Shown: one piece after another, positions 7,905 through 17,970 of the stretch
Position numbering within the stretch: the first letter of the stretch is position 1
How the letters are laid out: every line of letters begins with the position of its first letter
Source of the DNA: Horticoccus luteus
Lineage (GTDB): Bacteria > Verrucomicrobiota > Verrucomicrobiia > Opitutales > Opitutaceae
DNA length: 32,000 nt
Reading direction: 5' to 3'
Assembly: GCF_019464535.1 (NCBI RefSeq)
Contig: NZ_CP080507.1
Coordinates: forward strand, 3,630,001 to 3,662,000
Made by a program: the position numbers and the translations under genes
The notes under the pieces: model-generated
Told to the model about the DNA's origin: nothing
Seen by the model: only the letters and a program-made list of their open reading frames with translations
Databases searched by the model: none

Positions 7905-9886
7905 CAGTTCGATTGGTTGCTCTTCGCGGCCGGCCACACCCAACTCGCATCCTCGATCCACGCGGAGTGATTGAAGTTGCCGATCCATTCGCGCTCGTGC
8001 GCGTGGCGAAACGCCGCCAGCTCGGCCAATGCCGCAGCGCCGCGTTCCGGCGTCGCGTGCGGATCCGCGAGCGTGAGCAATCCCGCCACCCGTGAGCAAA
8101 GTTTCGCCTGCACCAGCCCCAGCCTTAAAAATTCCACGCGCTGCGCCGCTTCCGCGTCGTCCTTCACTGCCGCCGCGGCCGCCGCGAGCAATCTTTCCGC
8201 CGGCGTGAAGGAGGCCGCGGGAAATACCTCGTGCGCCACCTTCGCCCACGAGCGCCAACGCGAAGCCTTCATGTCGTCGAACACGGCACTCGTGTGCTCG
8301 CGCTGCGTCACCACATACGCTTCCCAATAGTTGAAATAAGCCCGCACCTCCGCCGCCGCCGCGCCAAACGCCCCGTAATACTCCTCCAGCAGGCGGTCCG
8401 CATCTTCGTCCGGTCGGGTCTGCAGCCGCATCAGCAAGTAGATGTTCGGCCCCTGCGTGCTCCACTGTCCCGTGAGGGCATCGTAGTCCGTCGCGACCAT
8501 TCCTGTGCTCACCTGGAACTTGAATTCGTCGGCGAACTGATGCGCATACACGTAAGGCATGTTATACCCGTCGAGACAGTAGTTGCCGCGCGAAAACAGC
8601 TTCGCGCCCGTGCGCGCCCAGCCCTGCCATTGACGGCGAAACCATTCGTTCTCCTCCGGCGAGCGCGGATACCAGCCGGACGACGGATACGATCCGACCA
8701 GAATATGGTCGTTCAACGTGATCGCCGCGGACGGAAAATAATAATAATTGAAGTAGTTATAGACGACGAGTGTGACGTCCGGGTCGGTCTTGCGCGCCTC
8801 CGCCTGCACCGCCAGCCAGAACTTCGCGTAGCGATCCGTCACGCAATGCGAACCCATCATTTTCGACGTGCGGGCGTAGTAATCGAGAAAGTCATCAGGC
8901 TGCGGTCCGTCGAGCGCTCGGCAATTATCGCACTCGCACAGGCCCATGATGCCGTTCTCGACGGCGTTGAGATAGTGCGACGCGGCGGAGCCATCCTTCG
9001 CTCTGCGCTCCCGCCACAATTCGACGATCTTGTGCTGAAACTCCGGATTCGAAACACACATGGAGTAACTCCGGCCCGGAGCCGTCGGCCCGCGCTTGCC
9101 GTTCACCAACTGAAACCACTCCGGGTGCTCGGCTCCGTATTTCTCCCACCAATCGGTGAAGGCATGCCGATAAGTCAGGTTCTTCGCGCGCCCCATCCGG
9201 TGCCGGCGCAGATACACGGCCTGCGCGTGCGCATAATCTTCCAACGCGCCGGGCGAAAAGCCCATCGTCGGGTGTTCGCTCTTGAACGTCAGGCCGCCAC
9301 GCACTTGCCGTTGCACGAAGTGCGGCGCGCGGATCGCGTCGGGCACATCGGCAACCACGGTGGCATGAATCGGCACGAACGTGCCCAGTTCGCCCGGCCA
9401 GAGCCAGCGCACCTGCACGACCTCCTCCAGCCACTCGTAAACGCCAAACAAAGTGCCCGCCGCTACGCTCACATCGAGCGCCTCGCCGCCTTCGTCGGAG
9501 CCCGCGATCACAAACCCGTCGGCCACTGCGCGGAAGGCAAATGCTTCGCGCGCCAGTTGCTGCACGTCAATTCCCGCGCCGCGCGCCGCCTGCGTGTCGC
9601 CCACGTAGAGCCGTGCGCCTCCCGCCGGCATTTCCCGGCCTTCGCGGACCACGGTTAACGTGACACCTGTCGCGCGCCGGATATGATACACCAGCTCCTC
9701 GGCGGCGTAGCGGCTCACTTCATTCGGTTGCGCCGGGAGCACCACGAGTGCCGGCGGTTCTCCCGCTTTCACCACCGTCAGCGGCCGCCCAAAGGCCGCC
9801 CCGCACCACGCCAGCGCCACGAGCCCCATAAGGGCCCAGCGCGACGTCCGCGAAAACCAGCCGGCCCTCTTGGCGCCCGTGCTCAC
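7904..9886 (-). CDS. DUF4838-type putative glycoside hydrolase, paralog P2
   Basis: The GTG start at 9886 overlaps the P3 TGA (GTGA). Signal peptide ...WALMGLVALAWCGAAFG. Same family blocks: GTLFGVYEWLEEVVQVRWLWPGELGT, HPEWFQLVNGKRGP, MCVSNP, NAVENGIMGLCECDNCRALDGP, YVYAHQFADEF, EWIGNFNHSAWIED. Confidence 0.7.
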   Translation of the reverse strand: MSTGAKRAGWFSRTSRWALMGLVALAWCGAAFGRPLTVVKAGEPPALVVLPAQPNEVSRYAAEELVYHIRRATGVTLTVVREGREMPAGGARLYVGDTQAARGAGIDVQQLAREAFAFRAVADGFVIAGSDEGGEALDVSVAAGTLFGVYEWLEEVVQVRWLWPGELGTFVPIHATVVADVPDAIRAPHFVQRQVRGGLTFKSEHPTMGFSPGALEDYAHAQAVYLRRHRMGRAKNLTYRHAFTDWWEKYGAEHPEWFQLVNGKRGPTAPGRSYSMCVSNPEFQHKIVELWRERRAKDGSAASHYLNAVENGIMGLCECDNCRALDGPQPDDFLDYYARTSKMMGSHCVTDRYAKFWLAVQAEARKTDPDVTLVVYNYFNYYYFPSAAITLNDHILVGSYPSSGWYPRSPEENEWFRRQWQGWARTGAKLFSRGNYCLDGYNMPYVYAHQFADEFKFQVSTGMVATDYDALTGQWSTQGPNIYLLMRLQTRPDEDADRLLEEYYGAFGAAAAEVRAYFNYWEAYVVTQREHTSAVFDDMKASRWRSWAKVAHEVFPAASFTPAERLLAAAAAAVKDDAEAAQRVEFLRLGLVQAKLCSRVAGLLTLADPHATPERGAAALAELAAFRHAHEREWIGNFNHSAWIEDASWVWPAAKSNQSN

Positions 9887-11901
9887 GGATAATACTCCGG
9901 TTCCTGCTTGGTTTCCCGCGAGAGCTTCCAGCTCGGATCTTCCACCCAGGCGTCGTGATTGAAGTTACCGATCCACTCCATCTCGTGCGCACGGCGAAAC
10001 GCGAGCAGCGCTTCGAGCGCCTTCTGCCCGCGTTCGGGCGTCGATGCCGGTTCGGCCGTCGTCAGCAACGCCGCCGCCCGCGCGCTCAGCTTCGCGTGCT
10101 CGAGTCCGTCCTGGAGAAACGTCACGCGCGCGCGCGCCTCCGCATCGCCCGCCGCCGCGGCGGCCGCTTTGGCCAGCAACGCCTCGCCCGGCGCAAAACA
10201 GTCCGGCGGAAACACCCGGTGCGCCGCCTTCGCCCACGTGCGCCAACGAATCGCCACGCGATCGGCAAACACGTCGTTGATCAACGGCCGGTTGTCCATT
10301 GTGTAGCGTTCCCAGTAGTCGAAATACGCCTTCACCTCCGCCGCGGCGGGACCAAAGCCCGAGTAGTATTCCGCCAGCAACGCGTCCGGATTCGCCGTCG
10401 GCGCCGTGTGCAGCCGCATGAGCAGATACAAGTTCGGACCCTGTGTGCTCCACTGTCCCGTCAACGCGTCAAAGTCCGTCGCGATGATTCCGTTGCGCAC
10501 CGTGGATTGGAAATCGTCGGCGAACTGATGCGCAAAAATGAACGGCATGCAGTAGCCATCGAGGAAGTAATTCGGCCGGAAAAACAACCGCGCCCCGGTA
10601 TCGTGCCACCCTTGCCATTGCGCTTTATACCAAGCGTGCTCGTCGTCCATCCGGGGATACCACCCGGCGGACGGACACAGTCCGATCAGGATATGCGGGT
10701 TGAGTTTCACGCCCGACGTCGGCGCCTGGAAATAGTTGAAATACGCATAGCTGATCACCACGGCGTTGGGGTTGTGCTTCGCCGCACGCTGCTGCACCGC
10801 GAGGGCAAATCGCGCATACCGGTCCGACACGAAGCGAGCGCCATACACCTTGAAATTCGGCAGGTAGAACTTGTCCTTGTCCGCCGGCTGAGGTCCATCC
10901 CACGCCCGACACTCGTCACATTCGCACTGGCCGAGGATGTCATTTTCCACCGCGTTGACGAAGCTCAGCCGCCCCTTGCGATCCGCTCCGCCATGCGCCA
11001 CCCACTGATCCACGATCTGCTGCTGCAGGTCCGGATTCGAGACGCACATGGAGAAACGCGCACCCGGCTTTTCCGGCCCGCGCTTGCCGTCGACCAGTTG
11101 AAACCAGTCGGGATGCTCCGTGCCGTAGTTATTCCACCATTGGGTGAACGCGTGCCCATACGTCATCTTCGTGCTTTGTCCCAAACGATTGCGGCGGAGG
11201 AAAACGGTTTGGTCCTTCGCATACGCCGCTGCCGCCTTCGCCGTGAAGCCGAGCGCGGGATGCTCGTTCTTGAAGGTCAGTCCCGGCCGCACCCGGCGTT
11301 GGATGAAGCTCGGCGCCACGGTCGCATCGACCGCCGGCACCGCCAGCCGGTCCGACTTCGGCACGAAGGTGCCCAGCTCTCCAGGCCACAGCCAGCGCAC
11401 GCCCACGTCGCGTTGCAACCACTCGTAAACACCAAACAACGTGCCCGCCGACGTGTTGTTCTCGAGCGGATCACCGGCACTGTCGTTGCCCGCAATAATC
11501 AGCGCATCGTCCGCCGTGCGCAGCGTGAACACTTCGGCCGCCAGCGTTTTCACATTGATCCCCGCCGCGCGCGCCGCCGCAGTATCGCCGAGATAAATGC
11601 GGCCGCCGGTGGTCTTTTTCGCGGCTGACTCCGTGATCACGGGCAGCGTCGCGCCCGTCGCCTTCTCAAGGTGATAGACGAGTTCCTGCGCCGCGTAACG
11701 CACCACCGCCGAAGGGTGATTGGGCGTCACGATCACTGCCGCGGGTTTACCCTCGTCGGCGACCACCCATTCCGCGCGCGACGAGCCCACGCCCGCCGCA
11801 CCCACCCCGATCGCCAGGGCCGCGCGGAGCCATCCGCCGATCGGCGACGCACGTCGTTCGCGCCGCTGTGTTGTCCGCAAAGCGTCATTTCGCATGTTCA
11901 T
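9883..11901 (-). CDS. DUF4838-type putative glycoside hydrolase, paralog P3
   Basis: I place the start at the ATG at 11901 (MNMRNDALRTTQRRERRASPIGGWLRAALAIGVGAAGVGSSRA). A GGAGG lies 7 nt upstream, and the ATG overlaps the GH31 stop as ATGA. Family blocks as in P1. By hand count, 39 mismatches to P1 in a 187-aa block (about 79% identity). Confidence 0.72.
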   Translation of the reverse strand: MNMRNDALRTTQRRERRASPIGGWLRAALAIGVGAAGVGSSRAEWVVADEGKPAAVIVTPNHPSAVVRYAAQELVYHLEKATGATLPVITESAAKKTTGGRIYLGDTAAARAAGINVKTLAAEVFTLRTADDALIIAGNDSAGDPLENNTSAGTLFGVYEWLQRDVGVRWLWPGELGTFVPKSDRLAVPAVDATVAPSFIQRRVRPGLTFKNEHPALGFTAKAAAAYAKDQTVFLRRNRLGQSTKMTYGHAFTQWWNNYGTEHPDWFQLVDGKRGPEKPGARFSMCVSNPDLQQQIVDQWVAHGGADRKGRLSFVNAVENDILGQCECDECRAWDGPQPADKDKFYLPNFKVYGARFVSDRYARFALAVQQRAAKHNPNAVVISYAYFNYFQAPTSGVKLNPHILIGLCPSAGWYPRMDDEHAWYKAQWQGWHDTGARLFFRPNYFLDGYCMPFIFAHQFADDFQSTVRNGIIATDFDALTGQWSTQGPNLYLLMRLHTAPTANPDALLAEYYSGFGPAAAEVKAYFDYWERYTMDNRPLINDVFADRVAIRWRTWAKAAHRVFPPDCFAPGEALLAKAAAAAAGDAEARARVTFLQDGLEHAKLSARAAALLTTAEPASTPERGQKALEALLAFRRAHEMEWIGNFNHDAWVEDPSWKLSRETKQEPEYYP

Positions 11902-14330
11902 CGTTTGTCCTCCGTCGTCGCTGCCGGCGCCCACGTAAGGCTCACCGCTCCGGCCGCGCCGCTGTTATGCTTCCGCACCCAGATATTCCGTTTCGTGGCG
12001 TCGTAGAACCAACCTTCGCCGCCGGCCTGAAACGCAGCCAGCGTGTCGAACGCCGCCAATTTCGCTCCATCCGCGGTCACGCTCACCGGCCGGTGCGCAT
12101 CGGCGTCGTGGATGCGCAGCAGATGGTTGCGCTTCGTCGCGTCCCAGCCCACGACGAACGCGTTCGCCTGCCGGGCATCGGTCGTGATCCGCACCGGTCC
12201 TTCGGTGTCGTGCAACACGAATTCGCTCTGCCCGCCCGCCTTCGGCCAGATCGCCAAGGTCACGTAGCCCTTTGAGGCGGCCGTGCCAAACCCCGTCACG
12301 TCGTTGGCGATCTCCATCGGAATGATGGCTCCTTCGCGCACGAACAACGGAAACTTGTCCTTCACAAACCAGCCCTTGAACCAGTCGATGGTCACCGGGC
12401 CTTGGTAGCTCTCATTTTCATCCCAAAAATCGAACCAGCGCCCCGCCGGCAGGTAGACCTTGCGGTCCGGATTCATATTGAGCATCGGCGCCACCAGCAG
12501 CGAGGTGCCCACCGTAAACTCGTCATCGACCCGCCACGTGGCCATGTCGTCCTGAAACGACCACACGAGCGGCCGGCACACCGGCGCCCCCGTGGCCGCG
12601 GCTTCATGCGCGAGACTCATCCACAACGGGGTCAGATCCGTGTGCAGCCACGCGAGGTAGCGGAAGTGTGTTTGCGCTTCCTCCGAATACCACCACGGCA
12701 TGTGCAACGTCTGCATCCCGGGGAGCATCGCGCCAAACTGGGCCCACCGCAGCCAGGCGTCCTCCGGCGCGGGTTGATTCTCGAATCCGCCGATGTCCGT
12801 CGAAAGAAACGGCAGGCCGCAGAACGCCAGCGAGAGCGACGAATACACCGACGACGGCAGGCCGTTGTTCGCGAACGACCCCGCGAGGTCGCCCGGCCAC
12901 TTGAAATTCGTGTAGGCTCCCGAACCGACCCACGCCGCGCGCGGCACCATCAAAAAATCGTCGCCCAACCGCTTTTGCAGCGCTTCGAAAAACACTTTGT
13001 TAAATTCCAACGCATACGAGTTGTGGACGTCGCGCCCCTCGCGGCCGCCGAACAACCGCGCATCTTCCGGCAAATCCTGGCCGGCATCGAGTTTGAAGCC
13101 CGCCAGACCGAGATCGAGAGCGCGATCAATCTGCGCCTCCCACCATTTCGCCGCCGCGGGATTAAAGAAGTCGATCGCGTTGTAGTATTTTCCTTCGAGT
13201 TCGCCCGAAGCCGTGATCTTCACGTCTCCGCCGCTCGTGTCGCCATCCGGCTTTTGCGCGAGATAGCCCTTGGCCACCGCCTCTTTCCAATTGGAGGCTT
13301 TGTCCGTCGTATACGGCACCGTCCACGCCAGCGAACGGACGCCCTTGGCCCGCAATTGCGCGATCAATCCTTTCAGATCCGCACTGAACGCGGGATTCGG
13401 TTTAAACGACGACCGCGCATCCTGCCACGGTGGCTCAAACCAAGTCGCGCCGATCGGTAGGCCCATCGCGTGCAGCTTATCGACCATCTCAATGAAATGT
13501 TCTCCCTTGAGCGTATCGATCTTCGCGCCCGGCTGGCTGGGATCGGCCATCAACCAGAACCAGGGCTGAAACGTCCAGCGCGGCGGCCGTTGCGGCAAAC
13601 CCGCCTCGGTGAGAAAATGCCGCACGGTCGTGGCGATGCTATCGCCCGCGACGAAGGTGAGATCGAGTTCGCCGGCGGGTGCTTCGTAGGTGAGCTGGTC
13701 CGCGCGGCGTTGCCCCACGTCGAAATGCACGCGCCCGCCGTAGTTCAGCAAAAATGCGTAGTTTCGCGTCGAAACGTAATACGGCATATACGCGCATTCA
13801 TCCGGCGTGCCGCCGATGTCCCACAAATCAAACGCCTGGCCGCGCTGCGCGACGTGGCCATTCCACATCTCCCCGAAGCCGTAGATTTCTTCCATCGGGT
13901 GCAACATCGTCGCCCCGCGCACGCCCGTGACGCCGCCGTCCGCCGCCCGCACGATCACGCGAAACCCGTTCGCACCATACGGCCGCACTTCGGCCGTCGC
14001 GCGCGCCCCGTTGGCGAGGCTCGCCGCCACCCGCACGACGTCCGCGGACTCCGCCTTTGCGCTGTCGGCACGGGCCAATGCCACCCACGCGTCGCCGATC
14101 TTCAGCGCCGGCGCGTCCGCGTCCGCGACTCGTGTTTCATCGTGCGCGGTGGCGATCCGCAGCCGCCATGGTTCGCGCTCGATGATGAGCACGGTTTCCC
14201 CGTTCGCACAGCGAAAGTCGTGCGGACTTTCCGTCAGCGTGATTCCCGCCCACACGTGCCCCGCGCTCATCAGGCCGGCGACGAGCCACCACGCCTGCGC
14301 GAACCAGGATTTCTTCATTCGTTGCTTCAT
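11898..14330 (-). CDS. glycoside hydrolase family 31 (alpha-glucosidase/alpha-xylosidase type)
   Basis: The ATG at 14330 overlaps the GH36-like stop (ATGA). Signal peptide MKQRMKKSWFAQAWWLVAGLMSAGHVWA. GH31 signatures: GFKLDAGQD (nucleophile region), FKWPGDLAGSF, LPFLSTDIGGF (acid/base region), WLRWAQFGAMLP. Confidence 0.85.
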   Translation of the reverse strand: MKQRMKKSWFAQAWWLVAGLMSAGHVWAGITLTESPHDFRCANGETVLIIEREPWRLRIATAHDETRVADADAPALKIGDAWVALARADSAKAESADVVRVAASLANGARATAEVRPYGANGFRVIVRAADGGVTGVRGATMLHPMEEIYGFGEMWNGHVAQRGQAFDLWDIGGTPDECAYMPYYVSTRNYAFLLNYGGRVHFDVGQRRADQLTYEAPAGELDLTFVAGDSIATTVRHFLTEAGLPQRPPRWTFQPWFWLMADPSQPGAKIDTLKGEHFIEMVDKLHAMGLPIGATWFEPPWQDARSSFKPNPAFSADLKGLIAQLRAKGVRSLAWTVPYTTDKASNWKEAVAKGYLAQKPDGDTSGGDVKITASGELEGKYYNAIDFFNPAAAKWWEAQIDRALDLGLAGFKLDAGQDLPEDARLFGGREGRDVHNSYALEFNKVFFEALQKRLGDDFLMVPRAAWVGSGAYTNFKWPGDLAGSFANNGLPSSVYSSLSLAFCGLPFLSTDIGGFENQPAPEDAWLRWAQFGAMLPGMQTLHMPWWYSEEAQTHFRYLAWLHTDLTPLWMSLAHEAAATGAPVCRPLVWSFQDDMATWRVDDEFTVGTSLLVAPMLNMNPDRKVYLPAGRWFDFWDENESYQGPVTIDWFKGWFVKDKFPLFVREGAIIPMEIANDVTGFGTAASKGYVTLAIWPKAGGQSEFVLHDTEGPVRITTDARQANAFVVGWDATKRNHLLRIHDADAHRPVSVTADGAKLAAFDTLAAFQAGGEGWFYDATKRNIWVRKHNSGAAGAVSLTWAPAATTEDKR

Positions 14331-16612
14331 AATTTACGGCCCGTGGCCGGCTGCGCCTCGACGCGCTCGATCTCACCCTGGCCGCGGTGCCAGTTCAGAA
14401 ACGTGTAATGCGCCGTCGGCGCTTTCACTTCCTCGCGCAAACGCACGTGGGCCGCATCGGCCGACGCCAGCTCCATGCCACAGGACAAATTCAAATCGCC
14501 GCCCACGAGGTAACGCCCCTCCGCCGTCAACGGCGTGAGTCGCACGACGCGCGCCGCATGCGCCGGCAGCAAGAGGCTGAGGCGGTCCTCGCGGCTAAAC
14601 GTGCCGAGATACCGCTGCGTCTTGTATTCGAACGCCGCGAACACCTCGCCCGGCGGCAGATGCGGCACATCGCCGATTTTGAACGCCAGAGTCTTCTCGC
14701 CCGCGCCATTCCAATTGCACAGCGAAACCATCACCCACGGCGGCAACACGCCGTCGTGTTGAAACGCACTCGAAAAATATTCCGGCAAATACTCGGCCCA
14801 GGGATAGAAGCGTTGCGCCACCGGCGCGTAGGTTGGCAGGGCGGCGTGGTAGAGCGCGTAGCGATCCGGCGGCACCTCATCGAGTTTGTCCGAGACCTGC
14901 ACCACCCCGCCGCCGAGGAAACGATACACCACCGTTGAAAATGCTTCTTCGTCCGTGAAGTTGCCCATCGACAAATGCAGCTTGGTCTTTCGCCACGGCG
15001 TCGTTCGGCGGCGCAGTTGCAGTGCGTCCTGGTCGCTCGTCCACAACGCTTCGTCGTAAATCGCCCGCGCGAACGTCTGCCGCATGCGCACGGGATAACG
15101 CGTCGCGTAAGCGTCGCCGGCCCGCGGGTCCCAATGCCCGCGCACGTCCGACCCGGAACGATTGATGTCCACCAAACCCGCGTTGGCCTCAAAGAGTCCG
15201 CCCCAGACGCCAATCACCGTTTTTTCGCCCGCCGCCTTCCGCAGCACCTCGAGGCCGTGGCGATACGCCTGCGCCCGGTTCTTTGACCGATCATGAAAGA
15301 CCGCGTTTTCGTTGATCACGACGGCGCGAAGGAAATCGAACTTCAGGTAGCGATAACCCCAGCCGGTCAGTTTGTGACACAGCTCGGTCAAAAACGTCTC
15401 CGCCGAAGGCGCCGTCGGATCGAGGATGTAGCAATGCCCCATGTCCGTCTTGAACTCGATCGGCTGACCCGCGCGATCCAGCAACGGGAGATCAGGGTAT
15501 TTTTTCAGCACCTCCGCGTTCGACTCGATGATAAAGGGACACGTCCAGATCCCCGGCGCGAGCCCCGCGGCCGTGATCTCATCCGCCATCGCTTTCATGC
15601 CGTCCGGAAACCGCGCCGGATCCGCATTCCAGTCACCGAAGTTGTCGTCCCAGTTGTAATCGATCAGGAAGGTGTCGAACGAAAGCGGGCGCGCCCGCAT
15701 CGCGCGCAAATCCGTTCGCAAATCGTCCGCGACGATTTCCGGACCGTAAAAATACCATGTGCAAAACACATTGCGGAGTGGCGAGCTGCGACCGCCATAA
15801 GCCTGACGAATCCGGGCCACATGCTCGGCCAGCAGTTCTGCGCACGACTTCCCCGATTGCAGGTGCAGCCAATGCGTCTCACGCGTCTCGCCCGGCGCCA
15901 CGCGCACATTGTCAAACTCCGCCGTTGCGGTCAGGTGCGCCAACGCGTCGGCCGCCGAAGTGAGTGCAAGCTCGATGTCGTTCAGGTGCCGCGTCTGGCC
16001 ATCGAAGCCAATGAAGAGATCCGCCTGCGCTTTCCCGTCGGGCATGATCACCAACGCCGGATCCGAGTGAAAGAGCGGCCCCGCCATCGGCGACGCTTCC
16101 ACGGGGTCGTCAGTCGGCTTGCCGCCCACCACGGCCTTCGCACTGTCGGTGGCGGCATCGCGCGAGGCGTCGTCCCACACCGACGGTCGAAACGGCCCGG
16201 GCACGTCGTTCTTCTGTCGCGCGAGACGATAGACGGTCCACGCCTTCACGGTCGTGCCGGCCACGTTCACACTGTCGGCACCGACCGCCCGCAACAAGGT
16301 CACGCGCCCCAACTCGATCGCGGTCGCGCGCCGATTCGTGACCGCAACTTTCAACCGGTATCCGCCAGGTTCAGCCTCAAGGGTCCGCTGCAGTTGCAGG
16401 CCTGCCACTTCCCCGCGCCCTTGGGCGTCAAAAACTACGTCCGGCAGTATTTCGCCGCCTCCGAGCACCGGTGACGGTGTCTCGAAAGTCACGCGGGTGC
16501 CGCCCGCAAAATTCAGCGTCACGAGCTCCGGCGCCGCCGCCGCCTTTACGAGAGCAAACGCCAACGCGAGCACCGCCGGCAACATCGCGCGCCACGCCGT
16601 CGACGAACTCAC
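14327..16612 (-). CDS. GH36/GH27-clan (melibiase-type) alpha-galactosidase-like glycoside hydrolase
   Basis: FCTWYFYGPEI, FDTFLIDYNWDDNFGDW, FPDGMKAMADEITAAGLAPGIWTCPF and GWGYRYLKFDFL (K-x-D nucleophile-type motif) are typical of clan GH-D. The start is uncertain: GTG 16678 (37-nt overlap with the PL1 gene), GTG 16612 (gives MSSSTAWRAMLPAVLALAFALVKAAAA) or ATG 16585. Confidence 0.6.
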   Translation of the reverse strand: MSSSTAWRAMLPAVLALAFALVKAAAAPELVTLNFAGGTRVTFETPSPVLGGGEILPDVVFDAQGRGEVAGLQLQRTLEAEPGGYRLKVAVTNRRATAIELGRVTLLRAVGADSVNVAGTTVKAWTVYRLARQKNDVPGPFRPSVWDDASRDAATDSAKAVVGGKPTDDPVEASPMAGPLFHSDPALVIMPDGKAQADLFIGFDGQTRHLNDIELALTSAADALAHLTATAEFDNVRVAPGETRETHWLHLQSGKSCAELLAEHVARIRQAYGGRSSPLRNVFCTWYFYGPEIVADDLRTDLRAMRARPLSFDTFLIDYNWDDNFGDWNADPARFPDGMKAMADEITAAGLAPGIWTCPFIIESNAEVLKKYPDLPLLDRAGQPIEFKTDMGHCYILDPTAPSAETFLTELCHKLTGWGYRYLKFDFLRAVVINENAVFHDRSKNRAQAYRHGLEVLRKAAGEKTVIGVWGGLFEANAGLVDINRSGSDVRGHWDPRAGDAYATRYPVRMRQTFARAIYDEALWTSDQDALQLRRRTTPWRKTKLHLSMGNFTDEEAFSTVVYRFLGGGVVQVSDKLDEVPPDRYALYHAALPTYAPVAQRFYPWAEYLPEYFSSAFQHDGVLPPWVMVSLCNWNGAGEKTLAFKIGDVPHLPPGEVFAAFEYKTQRYLGTFSREDRLSLLLPAHAARVVRLTPLTAEGRYLVGGDLNLSCGMELASADAAHVRLREEVKAPTAHYTFLNWHRGQGEIERVEAQPATGRKL

Positions 16613-16641
16613 AAAAGGGAGATGCCACGGGCGGAGGCGTT

Positions 16642-17970
16642 TCAATACTCGACCTCCTGACGGTAGGCGGCGAGCCACGCGTCCACTTCGGCCGAAGTTT
16701 CCGGCACCACTAATTTCCGACGCGTAGGCGCGTAGTCCGGATAACCGCCGACCTCATCCTGCGAATCGATCACCCGCCCCTTGCGCGCGAGGTAGTCGTT
16801 GACGATGCGTTGATCGACGCGATCGCGGTCTTTCGGGCGCGCCCCGGCGTTCTTCAACACGAACGCCTCTGTCAACGCCACCGGCAGCGGGGTGAAACCC
16901 TTCGGTTCAAGCATCGGTTGATCGACCACGGTCACTTCGGGCACGATCTGGCTGCGTTCGGTCGCCACCGCTCCGTCCCAGAGCAGTTCGCCATCTTTAC
17001 CGTAAACGCGGCTGTCGCGCTGATACAATTTGGCGGTGCCCATCACCGCATCCTTCGAACACGTAAACATCTTCAACCCCGCGTGGGTCGACGCACCCAT
17101 CCGATAGAGGTTGGCGATCGCGGTCATTTGCGACGGGAGCATCGGATCGGAAATCACTTTATATTCGTCGGGCACCCAGGCGAAGTGGATCGCACCGTTG
17201 CCCGGATCATAGATCACGTTGTTGGCCATGAACACCGTGGTGTTGGGCTTTAGATACGGATTCCGATTGTAGTCATGCGCGTAAAGATTCCCGACAATCG
17301 CCACGTCATGCGTGAAGTCATGGATCAACGTCCCCTTCGAATGAGGTCCCTTCGGGTGCGTGGAATTATTCAACGCCTCCGCGATGATGCAGTTGCGAAT
17401 CGTCACGAAACTCGACGTGCCATTTTTGACGCGCGGACCCGAGACCGAGAGATTTTCGTCGATCGACCACGACGACGAGCAGTGATCGTAGAGGACGTTC
17501 TTCACCTTCGGCCCCTGCGTGGTCATCGAGTCCGGCTGCCAGCCCGCCTTCTTCAAGTCGCCGCCGTCGCCCACCCGCACGTGCAGGTGCCGCACGATCA
17601 CGTCGTGCGTCGATACCGTCAGGCTGCCGCGGACGATCGTGATGCCGGGTGACGGCGCCGTCTCTCCCGCAATGGTGACATCGCCATTTTCCAAGGTGAC
17701 CTCGTCGCCTTGCCAATCGATCACGCCACCGACTTCAAACACGATGATGCGCCGGCCCTCGGCCGCGAGCGCCGCCTTGAACGATCCGTCACCCTCGTGG
17801 GCCAGGGTCGTGACTTTGATCACGCGCCCGCCCCGCCCGCCGGGCGTATCGGCGCCGAAGCCGCTGAAGGCCATCGCGCTTCCGCCGGGCACCGTGGCCG
17901 GTTGCTGAGTCGCCGCGTGCAGAGGCAGCACCAGCCCGGCCGCGAGGGAGAAGAGGAGGAACGTTTTCAT
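16642..17970 (-). CDS. PL1-family pectate lyase (right-handed beta-helix)
   Basis: The ATG at 17970 overlaps the P4 stop (ATGA). Signal peptide MKTFLLFSLAAGLVLPLHA. FGADTPGGRGGRVIKVTTLAHEGDGSFKAALAAEGRRIIVFEVGGVI...VTIAGETAPSPGITIVRG...VIVRHLHVR and YDHCSSSWSIDENLS match the PL1 pattern G.GG.GG.v..VT.L.d.G.GSlR.A....pR.IvF.vsG.I...tIAGqTAPg.GI. Confidence 0.8.
   Translation of the reverse strand: MKTFLLFSLAAGLVLPLHAATQQPATVPGGSAMAFSGFGADTPGGRGGRVIKVTTLAHEGDGSFKAALAAEGRRIIVFEVGGVIDWQGDEVTLENGDVTIAGETAPSPGITIVRGSLTVSTHDVIVRHLHVRVGDGGDLKKAGWQPDSMTTQGPKVKNVLYDHCSSSWSIDENLSVSGPRVKNGTSSFVTIRNCIIAEALNNSTHPKGPHSKGTLIHDFTHDVAIVGNLYAHDYNRNPYLKPNTTVFMANNVIYDPGNGAIHFAWVPDEYKVISDPMLPSQMTAIANLYRMGASTHAGLKMFTCSKDAVMGTAKLYQRDSRVYGKDGELLWDGAVATERSQIVPEVTVVDQPMLEPKGFTPLPVALTEAFVLKNAGARPKDRDRVDQRIVNDYLARKGRVIDSQDEVGGYPDYAPTRRKLVVPETSAEVDAWLAAYRQEVEY

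Noticed and set aside
7905-8465. N-terminal 187-aa extension of the PL10-like ORF (track 6315..8465), and similar extensions 2677..2865 (PhoD), 25752..25862 (receptor), 26008..26160 (ferritin-like), 11902..11934 (P3)
   Set aside because: The extensions are Gly/Arg-rich. They overlap the upstream gene out of frame or cross non-coding homopolymers, and they precede obvious signal peptides that begin at internal ATG codons. The internal starts also give the recurrent ATGA/TGATG junctions.
2757-11901. Possible recent gene conversion among P1, P2 and P3. Shared exact strings such as tcggcgaactgatgcgc occur at about 3407, 8528 and 10517.
   Set aside because: The identical runs I could see are short (under 20 nt) and fall in the most conserved protein blocks (FAHQFAD). 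Flanking DNA diverges at synonymous sites, which is consistent with purifying selection rather than conversion. A full dot-plot would be needed.
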